Under the pieces are notes generated by a model that was not told the DNA's origin, ran no database searches, and saw only the letters and a list, made by a program, of their open reading frames with translations. The translations under genes and the position numbers were made by a program. From the NCBI GenBank assembly GCA_963843375.1, contig CAWJKT010000009.1, positions 247,245-311,244 of the forward strand: a stretch of DNA of 64,000 nucleotides. Reading direction: 5' to 3'. Origin of the DNA: an uncultured Pseudomonadota bacterium (GTDB lineage Bacteria > Oederibacteriota > Muellerivitia > Muellerivitales > Muellerivitaceae). Positions 27,256 through 37,491 of this stretch are shown in pieces; positions within the stretch are counted from its first letter, which is position 1; each line of letters starts with the position of its first letter.

Positions 27256-28942
27256 GTGATAGAATCTCGCCCACTTGTCCTTAGAAAGGAATTCCGTGTG
27301 CTATTCTTCAAACCCTTTGAAAGTTTTTTAAATATCCGTAAGTTATTTTTTGTTTTCTGTTTCATTTTGGCATCCACCGCCTTGGCGAAGCCAAAGGCTT
27401 TTGAATTATATCCGGCAACCAATGATGCCACACCTTCTGCTTATACAAAGGCGGCGCCTGAATATCCAACCAACGGTAAAAAATGGAAATTTTCCAAGGG
27501 CGCACTGGTCAACGTCAAGGTGGATGCTTCCCAGGTATCCAAAGCCATCACACCCTATCAGTTGGGCGGGAACATCGATTGGTGGGACGGCAAGGATTGG
27601 GCTCTTGATAAAGATCGGATCGAAAAGGTAAAGCAGGCGGGCATCAAGTTTTGGCGCTTCCCGGGGGGGAGCAGTTCAGACAGCTACCATTGGGACGGAA
27701 ATTACGGCAAACATCTGAAGGAAAGCAGCGGTGGTGACGCAACCCGCATGACCGGACCAGGCATGATTTTGACGGATGACTTCATCGAATTCTGCCGCCA
27801 AACCGGTTCGGAAGCCATTGTGACGGTCAATTATGCTGCCGCCCGCTACGCCAGTCCCCAATACGCGGCGGATATGGCCGCCCGTTGGGTGAAATATTTC
27901 AACGTCGACAAGAAATTCAAGGTCCGTTATTGGGAAGTTGGGAACGAAGTTTATGGCCCATGGGAAGAGGGTAACAAGATGCAGGGTGTTTCCCAACTGA
28001 CGGGGGAGGTTTATGGCAAGGATTTCAAGGTGATCGCCGCGGCAATGAAAAAAATTGATCCGGATATTTATATCGGCGCAGTCGCAGTGGACACGGATGA
28101 TGGCGCCGATTGGACAGGATTTCACTGGTGGATGAAGGGCCTCCTGCCTCAGCTTCAGGGCAAGGCCGATTACTTAATCCTTCATCAGTATTTTATGTGG
28201 CCGTTCAACGGCGATGCCTATACCAACCCGAAGAACGAAGTTCTTTTTGGAGACCTTCAAAAGTTGGAAAGCGCGAAGGAGGCCGAGGAAAAAATGGTCT
28301 ACAATTACGCTCCCGGGGAAATGGACATTCCAGTAGCCTTGACCGAGTTCAATTTGGTCAACGCCTCTCCCCCCCAAAGCATTCAACTCATTAATGGTCT
28401 TTTCACGGCGGAAGTTTTAGGTGAAGCTGCTAAGACGGGATATGTAGCCACCAACTACTGGGACCTAAAAAACGGGCTGGATGGAAAACTTAAGGGCGAT
28501 ATGGCTCTTTTGGCGTCGGGCGATTCTTCGGTGCCGGACAGCGACTCCCCGGCCTTCTTATTATTCTTTCGCCCTTTGTTCCCGTGCTTTTGGCGACCAT
28601 TTGGTCGCATCAGAAAGTTCCGATTCACAAGTCAAAGTCTATGCCAGTAAGTTCGCGGGCGGGGAAATCGGCTTGGTCATCGTCAATGAAGACTCCAAGG
28701 CCCGAACCCTCGCTTTGGACCTAAAGGGATTCAGCCCCCAAGGCAAACTGATGGGGTGGATTTTGACGGGCAAAGACCTTAATGGCAATCAAGTTTCCTG
28801 GAACGGTGTGAATGGTCCCCAAGGCGGCGGCGGGCCATTTCCCATCGATTCAATACCGGCCTACCAATTGAAATTTAATCCCCAAAAACCGGTTCGATTA
28901 AATATTCCGTCCGCATCAGCCTCTGGCGTTATTCTTTATTGA
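27256..28942 (+). pseudogene. Secreted GH51-like (clan A) glycoside hydrolase, 1-bp frameshift near 28540
   Basis: RFPGGS..YHW, YWEVGNE, LTEFN; the C-terminal half continues in the 28481-28942 frame (ATPRPSYYSFAL..), colinear with the paralog at 29007. Confidence 0.8.
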
Positions 28943-29006
28943 TTTCCGAGCTTTCTTCTGAAGGCCTTGGCGTTTCTGTTATTTTTTCCGTTCGAAAGGG
29001 ATTGTA

Positions 29007-30626
29007 ATGTTATTGCCACTGATTATTTTGTTCCTGCTGTTGAGCCCATTGGTCCAGGCTGCCGGTCCCAAGCCTTTTGAGCTTTGGCCGGTCACCAATG
29101 ATGCCGCCCCGACTACTTTTTCCAAAGTTGCGCCTTCTTTTCAGCCGATCGGAAAACAATGGAAGTTTGCCTATGGCCCCAAGGGTTCCGAAATAGAAGT
29201 GAAAATCGACGCAACCCAAGTTCTTCACCCAATCACGCCCTATCAATTTGGAAACAACCTGGCTTGGTGGGACGGCAAAGGCTGGCTATTGGATCCGGAT
29301 CGCATTGAAAAAGCGAAAGAAGCCGGAATCCGGTTCTGGCGATGGCCGGGTGGAAGCTCTTCGGATGTATATCATTGGGACAACAAATATGACCGGCCCC
29401 CCCAGAAGGAAACAAACCCCGCGCACATGAACGAACCTTGGGCTGTTTCTACGGACGATTTCATCGAGTTCTGTCGTCAGACGGGTTCGGAAGCCATTGT
29501 GACGGCCAATTACGCCTCGGCGCGCTACGCCGACGTGCAATATGCGGCGGACATGGCTGCCCGCTGGGTTAAATATTTCAATATCGATAAGAAATTCAAA
29601 GTCCGTTATTGGGAAATCGGAAATGAGCTTTACGGAAATTGGGAGCAGGGAAACACAACGGATGGAAAACCCCAACTGACGGGGGATGCTTATGGAAAAG
29701 ACTTTCAAGTCATCGCGGCGGCGATGAAAAAAGTCGATCCGGATATTTATATCGGGGCTGTAGCGTACGAGAAGGATGGAACAGGGGAGTGGGATGGACA
29801 CCATTCTTGGACAAGGACCCTGATGCCTCAATTGCAGGGAAAGGCCGATTTTCTGATTTTGCACCAATATTTCCTGTGGCCCTTTGATTCCTCGGGTCAA
29901 AACTTTACCAGCCCGACCAACGATGTCCTTTTGGGCAATCTGCATGGGCTGGATGACGATAAGGCCTCTTTGGCCAAAATGGTTGAGGCCTCGGCTCCTT
30001 CGGAAAGCGGACTGCCTGTGGCTTTGACGGAGTTTAATTTGATGAACGCCAACGGCCCCCAGGATATCGAGCTGATAAATGGTATTTATGATGCGGAAGT
30101 ATTGGGGGAGCATATCAAGGCGGGCTATGTAGCTTCCAATTATTGGGACTGGAAAAACGGTTTGGACAAAAAACTTGGTGGTGACATGGCCATGTTGGCT
30201 TCGGACGATCCCTCGGAAGCTGATGGCACCCCGCATCCCTCCTATTACACTTACGCCCTTTATTCCCGGGCCTTCGGCGACAAGATGATCGCCGCGGACA
30301 GTTCCGATCCTAGCGTGAAGGTCTATGCCAGCCGATTTGCGGGCGGGGAAGTGGGACTCGTCATTGTGAATGAGAATGAGAAAAACCAAACCCTGGTTTT
30401 TAACTTCAATGGATTTACACCCCAGGGAAAACTCATGGGTTGGGTCCTGACCGGTCAAGATTTGAATGAAAAACAGGTTTCATGGAACGGGGAAGCGGGG
30501 CCTTTGGGCGGGGGCGGACCCTTTCCCATCAACACGATTCCTCCTTATCGGGGCGCCTTCAAAACCGATAAGCCTCTTCAACTTCCAATTCAGGCCCGTT
30601 CAGTCACAGGAATTATTTTTTACTAA
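29007..30626 (+). CDS. Secreted GH51-like (clan A) glycoside hydrolase, tandem paralog
   Basis: RWPGGS..YHW, YWEIGNE, LTEFN; signal peptide. Confidence 0.82.
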   Translation: MLLPLIILFLLLSPLVQAAGPKPFELWPVTNDAAPTTFSKVAPSFQPIGKQWKFAYGPKGSEIEVKIDATQVLHPITPYQFGNNLAWWDGKGWLLDPDRIEKAKEAGIRFWRWPGGSSSDVYHWDNKYDRPPQKETNPAHMNEPWAVSTDDFIEFCRQTGSEAIVTANYASARYADVQYAADMAARWVKYFNIDKKFKVRYWEIGNELYGNWEQGNTTDGKPQLTGDAYGKDFQVIAAAMKKVDPDIYIGAVAYEKDGTGEWDGHHSWTRTLMPQLQGKADFLILHQYFLWPFDSSGQNFTSPTNDVLLGNLHGLDDDKASLAKMVEASAPSESGLPVALTEFNLMNANGPQDIELINGIYDAEVLGEHIKAGYVASNYWDWKNGLDKKLGGDMAMLASDDPSEADGTPHPSYYTYALYSRAFGDKMIAADSSDPSVKVYASRFAGGEVGLVIVNENEKNQTLVFNFNGFTPQGKLMGWVLTGQDLNEKQVSWNGEAGPLGGGGPFPINTIPPYRGAFKTDKPLQLPIQARSVTGIIFY

Positions 30627-30641
30627 TTGAGGGAGGGTATT

Positions 30642-32033
30642 GTGGATTCAATTCGTTTTGGAACCGACGGTTGGCGCGCCAAGATGTCCGAAACCTTTAC
30701 TTTTCCCAATATCCGCAGGGTGGCTTGCGGTTTGGGCATCACCCTTCGTAAGAAAAAAAAGGCTTCGAGCGTTTTCATTGGTTATGACACGCGGTTAAAT
30801 TCGGAGCGTTTTGCCAAGGCGGTTGCGGGTGTTTTGGCTTCCATGGGACACCGGGTCACCCTGGCCTCCCGCCTTTTGCCGACTCCCGCCCTTTCTTTGG
30901 CCGTGAAAGAGAAGAAAGCCGATGCCGGGATCATGATTACGGCCAGCCACAATTCAGGGGCCTATAATGGTTTCAAGATCAAACTGCCGCCGGGAGTTTC
31001 GGCCCCCTCGGAGTTCACTAAACGAGTCGAAAAAAACATTCCTGCCCAAGCACCCGAAGAGGGCCGCCAAAAGAAAATTAAAAGATCCGATTGGCTTTCC
31101 CTTTATTTAAAAGCCCTGAAATCCAAGGTTGACCTTCCCGCCCTTCGTCGTTCGGGACTCAAAGTAGTTGTGGATTCCATGCATGGAGTCGGGGAAAAAC
31201 ATTTCGAAAAGCTTGTTTCGGGAGAAAAGACCAAAGTTTTGACCCTTGCTGATCAGAGAGATGACGATTTTGGGGGACGCCAACCTGAACCAATCGGGCC
31301 GAATTTAACCCCTCTTTCCACAGCCATCCGGCAAAACAAGGCGGATATGGGATTCGCCACGGATGGCGACGGCGATCGGGTTGGAATGATGGATGAAAAA
31401 GGCGGGTTTGTGGATGTTCATAAGCTACACGCCATTCTCCTTTATCACCTTTGGGTCTGCCGGGGTCAGAGGGGAGCGGTGGTGAGGACAGTTTCCGGGA
31501 CTCTCATGGTGGAAAAGATGGCAAAACGATGGAAGATCCCTCTTTACGAAACTCCTATCGGTTTTAAAAATATCGGGGCGGTCATGTTGAAAAAAGACGT
31601 CCTTTTGGGCTTAGAGGAAAGCGGTGGCATCGCAGTCAAGGGTCATATTCCTGAGAGGGATGGGCTTCTTTCCGCGCTTTTGCTGATGGAAGCGCTGGTA
31701 ACGATGAAAAAATCGGTTACCGAGGCGGTCGCCTTTTTACAAGAGGAATTTGGACCCTTTTATTACAACCGGGTTGACATGGAAAACATTTCGTTTGATC
31801 GCCAACAAAGAATCCTAACCCGTTTGAAAAAAAAGACTCCTGCCCATGTGGCAGGCCACAAAGTTACCGGACTTCTGACTCTGGATGGCGTGAAACTTAA
31901 ATTTGAAAATGGCTGGCTTTTGTTCCGGCCCTCCGGCACCGAACCCCTTCTTCGCCTTTATGCCGAAGCCCCTTCTGAGGAAGAAGTTCAGTCGCTGCTT
32001 GAAGCGGCTAAAAAAGAGGCGCTTAAAAGCTAA
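30642..32033 (+). CDS. Phosphoglucomutase/phosphomannomutase
   Basis: FGTDGWR, ITASHN, DGDGDR, GLEESGG, RPSGTEPLLRLYAE. Confidence 0.95.
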   Translation: MDSIRFGTDGWRAKMSETFTFPNIRRVACGLGITLRKKKKASSVFIGYDTRLNSERFAKAVAGVLASMGHRVTLASRLLPTPALSLAVKEKKADAGIMITASHNSGAYNGFKIKLPPGVSAPSEFTKRVEKNIPAQAPEEGRQKKIKRSDWLSLYLKALKSKVDLPALRRSGLKVVVDSMHGVGEKHFEKLVSGEKTKVLTLADQRDDDFGGRQPEPIGPNLTPLSTAIRQNKADMGFATDGDGDRVGMMDEKGGFVDVHKLHAILLYHLWVCRGQRGAVVRTVSGTLMVEKMAKRWKIPLYETPIGFKNIGAVMLKKDVLLGLEESGGIAVKGHIPERDGLLSALLLMEALVTMKKSVTEAVAFLQEEFGPFYYNRVDMENISFDRQQRILTRLKKKTPAHVAGHKVTGLLTLDGVKLKFENGWLLFRPSGTEPLLRLYAEAPSEEEVQSLLEAAKKEALKS

Positions 32034-32174
32034 AGACGTTTCGCGATTGCCAAAGACCCTTTAAACAGCCGTAAAGACCAAACTATCAAATGTTTTTGCC
32101 CGTTGACGGGTCATACCCCCTCCCGTAAAATCGATTCTCGCCTGTTATTGTTCCAGCCTTTTGAAGGAGCCGGA

Positions 32175-33449
32175 ATGTTTTTTTCCAAAGAGGTTTTCTT
32201 AAGCGCAGCCCTCTTTTCGTTTTTTACCTTAAACGCTCTTTGGGCGGATCAGGAACAAAGCCAGTATTTTTTTGATAAGGGCAATATTTATAAGAACGAA
32301 AAAAGGATGGAAACGGCCATCCAGTATTATAAAGAATCCCTCGAACAGAATCCCTATAACGCCCAAGCGCATAACAATCTCGGGGAGCTTTATGCCCGGA
32401 AAAACATGATCGATGACGCCATGGTGCAATTCGACAAGGCGCTCGAACTCCAACCCGGGTATGTGGAGGCCCTTTCAAACATGTCCTTCGCTTATCTTCA
32501 AAAGAAGGGGTTTGTCCAGGCCGTCCTTTACGCCAAAAAAGCCTTGAAGATTGATCCTGAATTTGGCTCGGCCCATTACAACTTGGGAATGGCCTATTAC
32601 TTTATGGGTCAATATTCCGCGGCTCTTCTCGAATTGAAACTAGCGGTTCGGTCTTTCCCGGATAACGCTGAAATTTATGAGAGGTTGGGGGATGCCTACC
32701 GGGCACAAAGCCGTAATGAAGAAGCGGTCGCCTATTACCATCAGGCGATCCGGGTCGATCCCTTGGATGCCAGCTGCCGGTCCAAATTGGGGGATATTTA
32801 CCTGGACGAGGACGAGGAGAAAAAAGCGGTTGAACAGTACAAAGCTTCAGAGGATTTGGAGCCTAACAACATTGAATCACGTTACAAGATGGCGGACTAT
32901 TATGAAAGTATTCGGGATTGGGACAACGCCCGCAGGGAATATTTATTGATTCTCGCTACCGATGATTTACAGGCCCGTGCCCACAAACAAGTGGCTTTGA
33001 TTTTTGAGAGAAATGAACAAGTTGGCTTGGCGCTTTACCACTGGGACAAGTACCTGGAAATCGTACCGAATGATCCCGAGGCTAAACAGCATATTAGCGA
33101 TATCCGAAAGCCCATGTTGACGAAAAAACAAGCTGAGGAAATGGCGAAATTCGATAACAAACTCGCCCAATCCCATATGCTTCCAACCCCGACGCAAGTT
33201 CCCCCTTCTCAAAGCGCAAAACCATCTGCTCCGGTAGTTCAAAGCCAGGACACCACCTCCACGAATACAAGTGCCACCGTTCCGGACGCGTCTTCGGCCC
33301 AAAACCAACAGGCTGGTGCGTCCGCGTCCAATTCGCCGGCGCCCCCGCCCGCTGGAACAGCGCCGACACCCACCCCTTCCGCTCAATTAGTGCCGGTGCA
33401 AATTGTGATGCCCACTCCCACTTCCGAGATGGGCGTTCTTCCAAAATGA
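32175..33449 (+). CDS. Secreted tetratricopeptide-repeat protein with Pro/Ser-rich tail
   Basis: Multiple TPRs (AHNNLGELY, AHYNLGMAY). Confidence 0.85.
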   Translation: MFFSKEVFLSAALFSFFTLNALWADQEQSQYFFDKGNIYKNEKRMETAIQYYKESLEQNPYNAQAHNNLGELYARKNMIDDAMVQFDKALELQPGYVEALSNMSFAYLQKKGFVQAVLYAKKALKIDPEFGSAHYNLGMAYYFMGQYSAALLELKLAVRSFPDNAEIYERLGDAYRAQSRNEEAVAYYHQAIRVDPLDASCRSKLGDIYLDEDEEKKAVEQYKASEDLEPNNIESRYKMADYYESIRDWDNARREYLLILATDDLQARAHKQVALIFERNEQVGLALYHWDKYLEIVPNDPEAKQHISDIRKPMLTKKQAEEMAKFDNKLAQSHMLPTPTQVPPSQSAKPSAPVVQSQDTTSTNTSATVPDASSAQNQQAGASASNSPAPPPAGTAPTPTPSAQLVPVQIVMPTPTSEMGVLPK

Positions 33450-33562
33450 CGATGGTTGGCGACACCCGACTATCCGTTTTCAACAAATAATCGAAATTCA
33501 TGGCTTGAAAAATTGGTCCGGGATTATGAAGATTGCAGATAATAAATAAAATTGGAGAATCG

Positions 33563-34288
33563 ATGAAATTCGCCGTTTTGCTTCCGGTTTATAATGAGGC
33601 GCCCACCTTGGAAAGGGTTGTGAAAAAGTTAGATTCCTTTAAAGAGGCGGATATCGTCATTGTCGATGATGGTTCCACGGATGCGACTCCTTCCATTCTG
33701 GAACGCCTGGCGGTGAAGGCCATTATCCGGCACCCAGAAAACGTGGGTTATGGAAAGTCCCTGATGGATGGGTTCGATTTCGCCAAAACAAATGACTACC
33801 GCTATTGCGTAACCATGGATGCCGACGAACAACATGAGCCGGGCTTCATTCCCTGCTTACTTGAGCAGCTGGAAAAATTCGATATTGTTTCCGGGAGCCG
33901 TTACCTGAATCCGTTGCTTTCCTCGGATGCGCCGCCGCCCGAGCGTTTGGAAGTCAACCGGGTGATCACCGAGAAACTGCGCAAGCTGACGGGTTATAAC
34001 CTCACGGATAGTTTTTGCGGCTTCAAGGGTTATCGGGTTGATGGATTGAGGAAACTCCACTTGACCGAGACGAATTATGGATTTCCCATTCAATTTTGGC
34101 TCCAGGCGGCTAAAGCCGGATTGAGGGTGACCGAATGCGCTGTTCCCCTGATTTACAAAGACCATAGCCGCAACTTTAACAATCAATTTGCCAATCGAGA
34201 TGAACGTTTAAACCACTATTTACAGGTCATGGAAAGTGAAGCCGAAAAATTAGGCCTTTCTTCTTCTCTTTCCGCCGTAAAAAAATAG
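33563..34288 (+). CDS. Glycosyltransferase family 2
   Basis: PVYNE, VDDGSTD, GYGKS, MDADEQH, SGSRY, DSFCGFK. Confidence 0.92.
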   Translation: MKFAVLLPVYNEAPTLERVVKKLDSFKEADIVIVDDGSTDATPSILERLAVKAIIRHPENVGYGKSLMDGFDFAKTNDYRYCVTMDADEQHEPGFIPCLLEQLEKFDIVSGSRYLNPLLSSDAPPPERLEVNRVITEKLRKLTGYNLTDSFCGFKGYRVDGLRKLHLTETNYGFPIQFWLQAAKAGLRVTECAVPLIYKDHSRNFNNQFANRDERLNHYLQVMESEAEKLGLSSSLSAVKK

Positions 34289-34335
34289 AATAAGTAAGCT
34301 TTCCATCAAATACCGCCTGTACTAAAGGGTCTCTC

Positions 34336-35925
34336 ATGACCGCACCAACCGATAGGATCCCGAAAGGTCATGGAGAACTTTATTTTGACCCGCCCCTGGA
34401 CCAGTGGAAGGAAGAAGCGCTTCGTAACCGGGAAAGATTGGTAAAGGAGTCGTTTTGGGGACAATCGCCTCTCAAGGTCCGGGCCGCCATGAAACTTCCC
34501 ACCGACCATCCCTTGATCTTCTCGGGCCACCAGCCGGTTTTTTTCCATCCCGGTCTTTGGGTGAAATGTCTTGCCGCCAGCACCTTGGCCGAGGCCGTCC
34601 AGGGCACGGCCATCCACAAGGTAACGGATACGGCCCTGGTACCGGAACACCTTCACTATATTCCGGAAGTGGAGGATAACGGCAAATCCCGGAAGAAAAT
34701 TCTTGAGTTTTTCACCGGCAAGGACCTGAAACAACAGGAAAAAATAACCCCCTATTGTTTTCTTCCGGCTCCCGATCACACAGCTTTGGATAAGATTTTT
34801 TCGGACGCGCAGGTTTATTGTCCTTCCCCCGTCAAGGCCAACATCAAGGAATATGAGGAAAAAATATTAAAGGGCCTTCAAAAGAACGCCACCTGGAACA
34901 CTTTCCATCTTTCGGCGTTGCGCATACTGGACCAGCTTTGCGGAACCCAGCGACTTTATTTGGAAGCGAGTAAAATCTGGACCTTTGAGCCTTTTTATTT
35001 TTTTGTGGCCCAATGGCTCAGAAATCTGCCCGAACTGAACGATTGTTACAACCAATCCCTGGATGAATACCGGAAAAAATACGGCATCACCCATGATTTG
35101 GAACCTATGCCAAATCTTAAATTCGAGAATTGGTGGTTTGAGATACCCTTCTGGGGCGCTACGAAATACCATCAGCGTCATTCCCTCTGGGCCAAGAACG
35201 ACGGAAAACATATCATCCTGAAGATCAAGGGCGGGGAGGGCACCTATTCTTTATCTCTTGACGATCCCCAAAAGGACTTGAGCACCCTGAATATCTCAAT
35301 CTGGCCCAAAGCGATCCCGCAAACCCTTTTTTGCCGCATGTATCTTTGCGACTTTTTTATCCATGGGACCGGGGGGGCCGTATACGAGGAAGTAGGCGAC
35401 ATGATGTTTTCCAGGTATTTCAAACTGAAGCCGCTTTCTTTCGGCGTGGCGACCGGCACTTACCTGGTGGATCCGAAGGAAAGTCGCGGAGTGGATATGG
35501 TTCTTGCTTACGAGGAAAAAATACTGGCTTGGGAAAGGGCGCTGGAAAAAAATCCAGAATACTTATTTTCCAAACAAGAGGACTGGAAACGGGACTTGCC
35601 GGTTTTTATGCACCCGGCTTTTCAGGAATGCGCCAACAATCCCGCATTGCAGAAACTGGCCCTTGAAAAAGACCGATTAATAGGATTGCTCAAAGACCCA
35701 GCCCACCGTGGTCAGGCTTCCGCTAAAATAAAGGATGTTAATTTTGCCCTGTATAACAACTATACGGAAGTGCTAAAGGTCCTGGAAAAGGGTCTTTTGG
35801 ATGTTGGCAAAGTCAGAGACACGAAAGAAGTTCTCGCTTTCCGGGAATATCCTTTTTTCTGTTATCCCCCAGAAATCTTTACTGACATGAAGGAAAAGGT
35901 AAGGCTCGCCGCCCATCCAGCGTAA
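34336..35925 (+). CDS. Conserved hypothetical protein, possibly a distant BshC-like ligase
   Basis: SGHQPVFFHPGLWVK and FFIHGTGGAVY motifs; assignment is inference. Confidence 0.55.
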   Translation: MTAPTDRIPKGHGELYFDPPLDQWKEEALRNRERLVKESFWGQSPLKVRAAMKLPTDHPLIFSGHQPVFFHPGLWVKCLAASTLAEAVQGTAIHKVTDTALVPEHLHYIPEVEDNGKSRKKILEFFTGKDLKQQEKITPYCFLPAPDHTALDKIFSDAQVYCPSPVKANIKEYEEKILKGLQKNATWNTFHLSALRILDQLCGTQRLYLEASKIWTFEPFYFFVAQWLRNLPELNDCYNQSLDEYRKKYGITHDLEPMPNLKFENWWFEIPFWGATKYHQRHSLWAKNDGKHIILKIKGGEGTYSLSLDDPQKDLSTLNISIWPKAIPQTLFCRMYLCDFFIHGTGGAVYEEVGDMMFSRYFKLKPLSFGVATGTYLVDPKESRGVDMVLAYEEKILAWERALEKNPEYLFSKQEDWKRDLPVFMHPAFQECANNPALQKLALEKDRLIGLLKDPAHRGQASAKIKDVNFALYNNYTEVLKVLEKGLLDVGKVRDTKEVLAFREYPFFCYPPEIFTDMKEKVRLAAHPA

Positions 35926-35946
35926 TCCCTCTTCAGGAAAGATCCC

Positions 35947-36399
35947 ATGGAAAAACCTGTTTTAAAAATCGAAGTATTGCCTGGCCAAGAAGATTTGGGC
36001 CTCCCCTCCTATGCCACCGAAGGCGCCGCGGGATTGGATTTAAAAGCGGCCTTGCCCGAACCGCTAACCTTGAAGCCGGGCGAAAGGGGAGTTGTTCCCA
36101 CGGGACTTAAAATGGCCATACCCCAAGGGTTTGAAGGCTGTGTGCGGCCCCGCAGTGGACTGGCCATGAAGCAGGGATTGACCCTGACCAACGCGCCTGG
36201 AACCATTGATTCCGATTACCGGGGTGAGGTGAAAGTACTAGTCATCAATTTGGGCCAAGAGCCGGTGGTGTTGAAAAGGGGAGACCGAATCGCCCAGCTT
36301 CTCATTTCCCCCGTGGCCCAAGTCCAAGTGGTCAAGGTGGAACAGGTGAACGATACGGTCCGTGGGACGGGCGGATTCGGTCATACGGGTATTCAATAA
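35947..36399 (+). CDS. dut: dUTP diphosphatase
   Basis: AAGLDL, RPRSG, GTIDSDYRGE, RIAQL, RGTGGFGHTG. Confidence 0.97.
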   Translation: MEKPVLKIEVLPGQEDLGLPSYATEGAAGLDLKAALPEPLTLKPGERGVVPTGLKMAIPQGFEGCVRPRSGLAMKQGLTLTNAPGTIDSDYRGEVKVLVINLGQEPVVLKRGDRIAQLLISPVAQVQVVKVEQVNDTVRGTGGFGHTGIQ

Positions 36400-36432
36400 A
36401 AATATCTTTAGCTGCGAAAGCGCGTCAAGACT

Positions 36433-37491
36433 ATGAAAAGCATGAACGATATCCGTCCCGTGGGATTTAACCTGGGAGGCTGGCTTTCCCAATCGACCCT
36501 TGAGGACAAACACACCAAAAGCTTTATCAAAAAAGAAGATTTCAAAATCATGGCGGACTGGGGTTTTAATTCCGTGCGCCTGCCGGTGGATGGCGCCTGG
36601 CTTTTTGAGGATGGGGGACTGGGGGCCCTTTCCAAAAAACGGCTCGCCGTGTTGAAAAAAATTTTAAATTGGTCCAAAGAAGCCGGATTACTCACCATTC
36701 TGGATCTGCACCAGATTCCTTGGCATTCCTTCGCGAAGCCCGAACTTGAAAATTTGTGGAAAAACGAGGAAGATTTAGACACTTTTTGCCAAGCCTGGGT
36801 GGAGTTGGCCCACGCGCTAAAGAGGGTGGATACCCCGATCTGGTTTGATGTCTTGAACGAACCGACGGCCCGAAATTCCGATGATTGGAACCACGTAGCT
36901 TCCCGAATTTATCGTGCTCTTCGCATGGAAGACCCGAAAAGGGTTGTGATGATCGAGTCCGCTTTTTGGGGTTCCGCCCTCCGGTTGAAGGATTTAGCCG
37001 AATCGGTCCAGGGTCCGAACTTGGTTTATAGTTTTCATTTTTATTTGCCAATGCTGATCACGCATCAAAAGGCCCCCTGGTGGATGGACGGGAAGCCGTA
37101 CCAAGAGGAAGTGTCTTACCCCGGGCCTATTCCGAAAGCCCAGGAATATCTGGCTGGTGATTTACCGCCGGGTACTCGGGAGATTTTGGCTTTCGAGAGC
37201 GGTCAGCCCTGGAATAAGGAACGGCTGCGGGAAACGCTTAAGCAAGTGGCCCAGTTATCCAAGGAAGGAAACCGCCTTTATTGCGGGGAGTTCGGGGTCT
37301 TTGAAAAGGTGGCCCGGAAAACCCGGTTGAACTGGGTGAGTGATGTGGTAAGCCTGTTTTCCGAGATGAAAGTGGGTTGGGCCTATTGGAATTATAAGTG
37401 GCTGGATTTCGGGATTTGGCCCCCGGCAGGTGAGGGAAAAACGGGACCCTTGGACGAGGAAATGTTAAACCTATTGAAAGCGGGCACCTAA
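36433..37491 (+). CDS. GH5 glycoside hydrolase (endoglucanase-like)
   Basis: GFNSVRLPVD, ILDLH, LNEP, SFHFY, YCGEFG, GWAYWNY. Confidence 0.9.
   Translation: MKSMNDIRPVGFNLGGWLSQSTLEDKHTKSFIKKEDFKIMADWGFNSVRLPVDGAWLFEDGGLGALSKKRLAVLKKILNWSKEAGLLTILDLHQIPWHSFAKPELENLWKNEEDLDTFCQAWVELAHALKRVDTPIWFDVLNEPTARNSDDWNHVASRIYRALRMEDPKRVVMIESAFWGSALRLKDLAESVQGPNLVYSFHFYLPMLITHQKAPWWMDGKPYQEEVSYPGPIPKAQEYLAGDLPPGTREILAFESGQPWNKERLRETLKQVAQLSKEGNRLYCGEFGVFEKVARKTRLNWVSDVVSLFSEMKVGWAYWNYKWLDFGIWPPAGEGKTGPLDEEMLNLLKAGT

Noticed and set aside
29286-30458. 390-aa minus-strand ORF, and similar long antisense ORFs (62037-63140, 50391-50984, 42277-42867)
   Set aside because: They lie opposite well-supported genes in GC-rich sequence and have no recognisable motifs.
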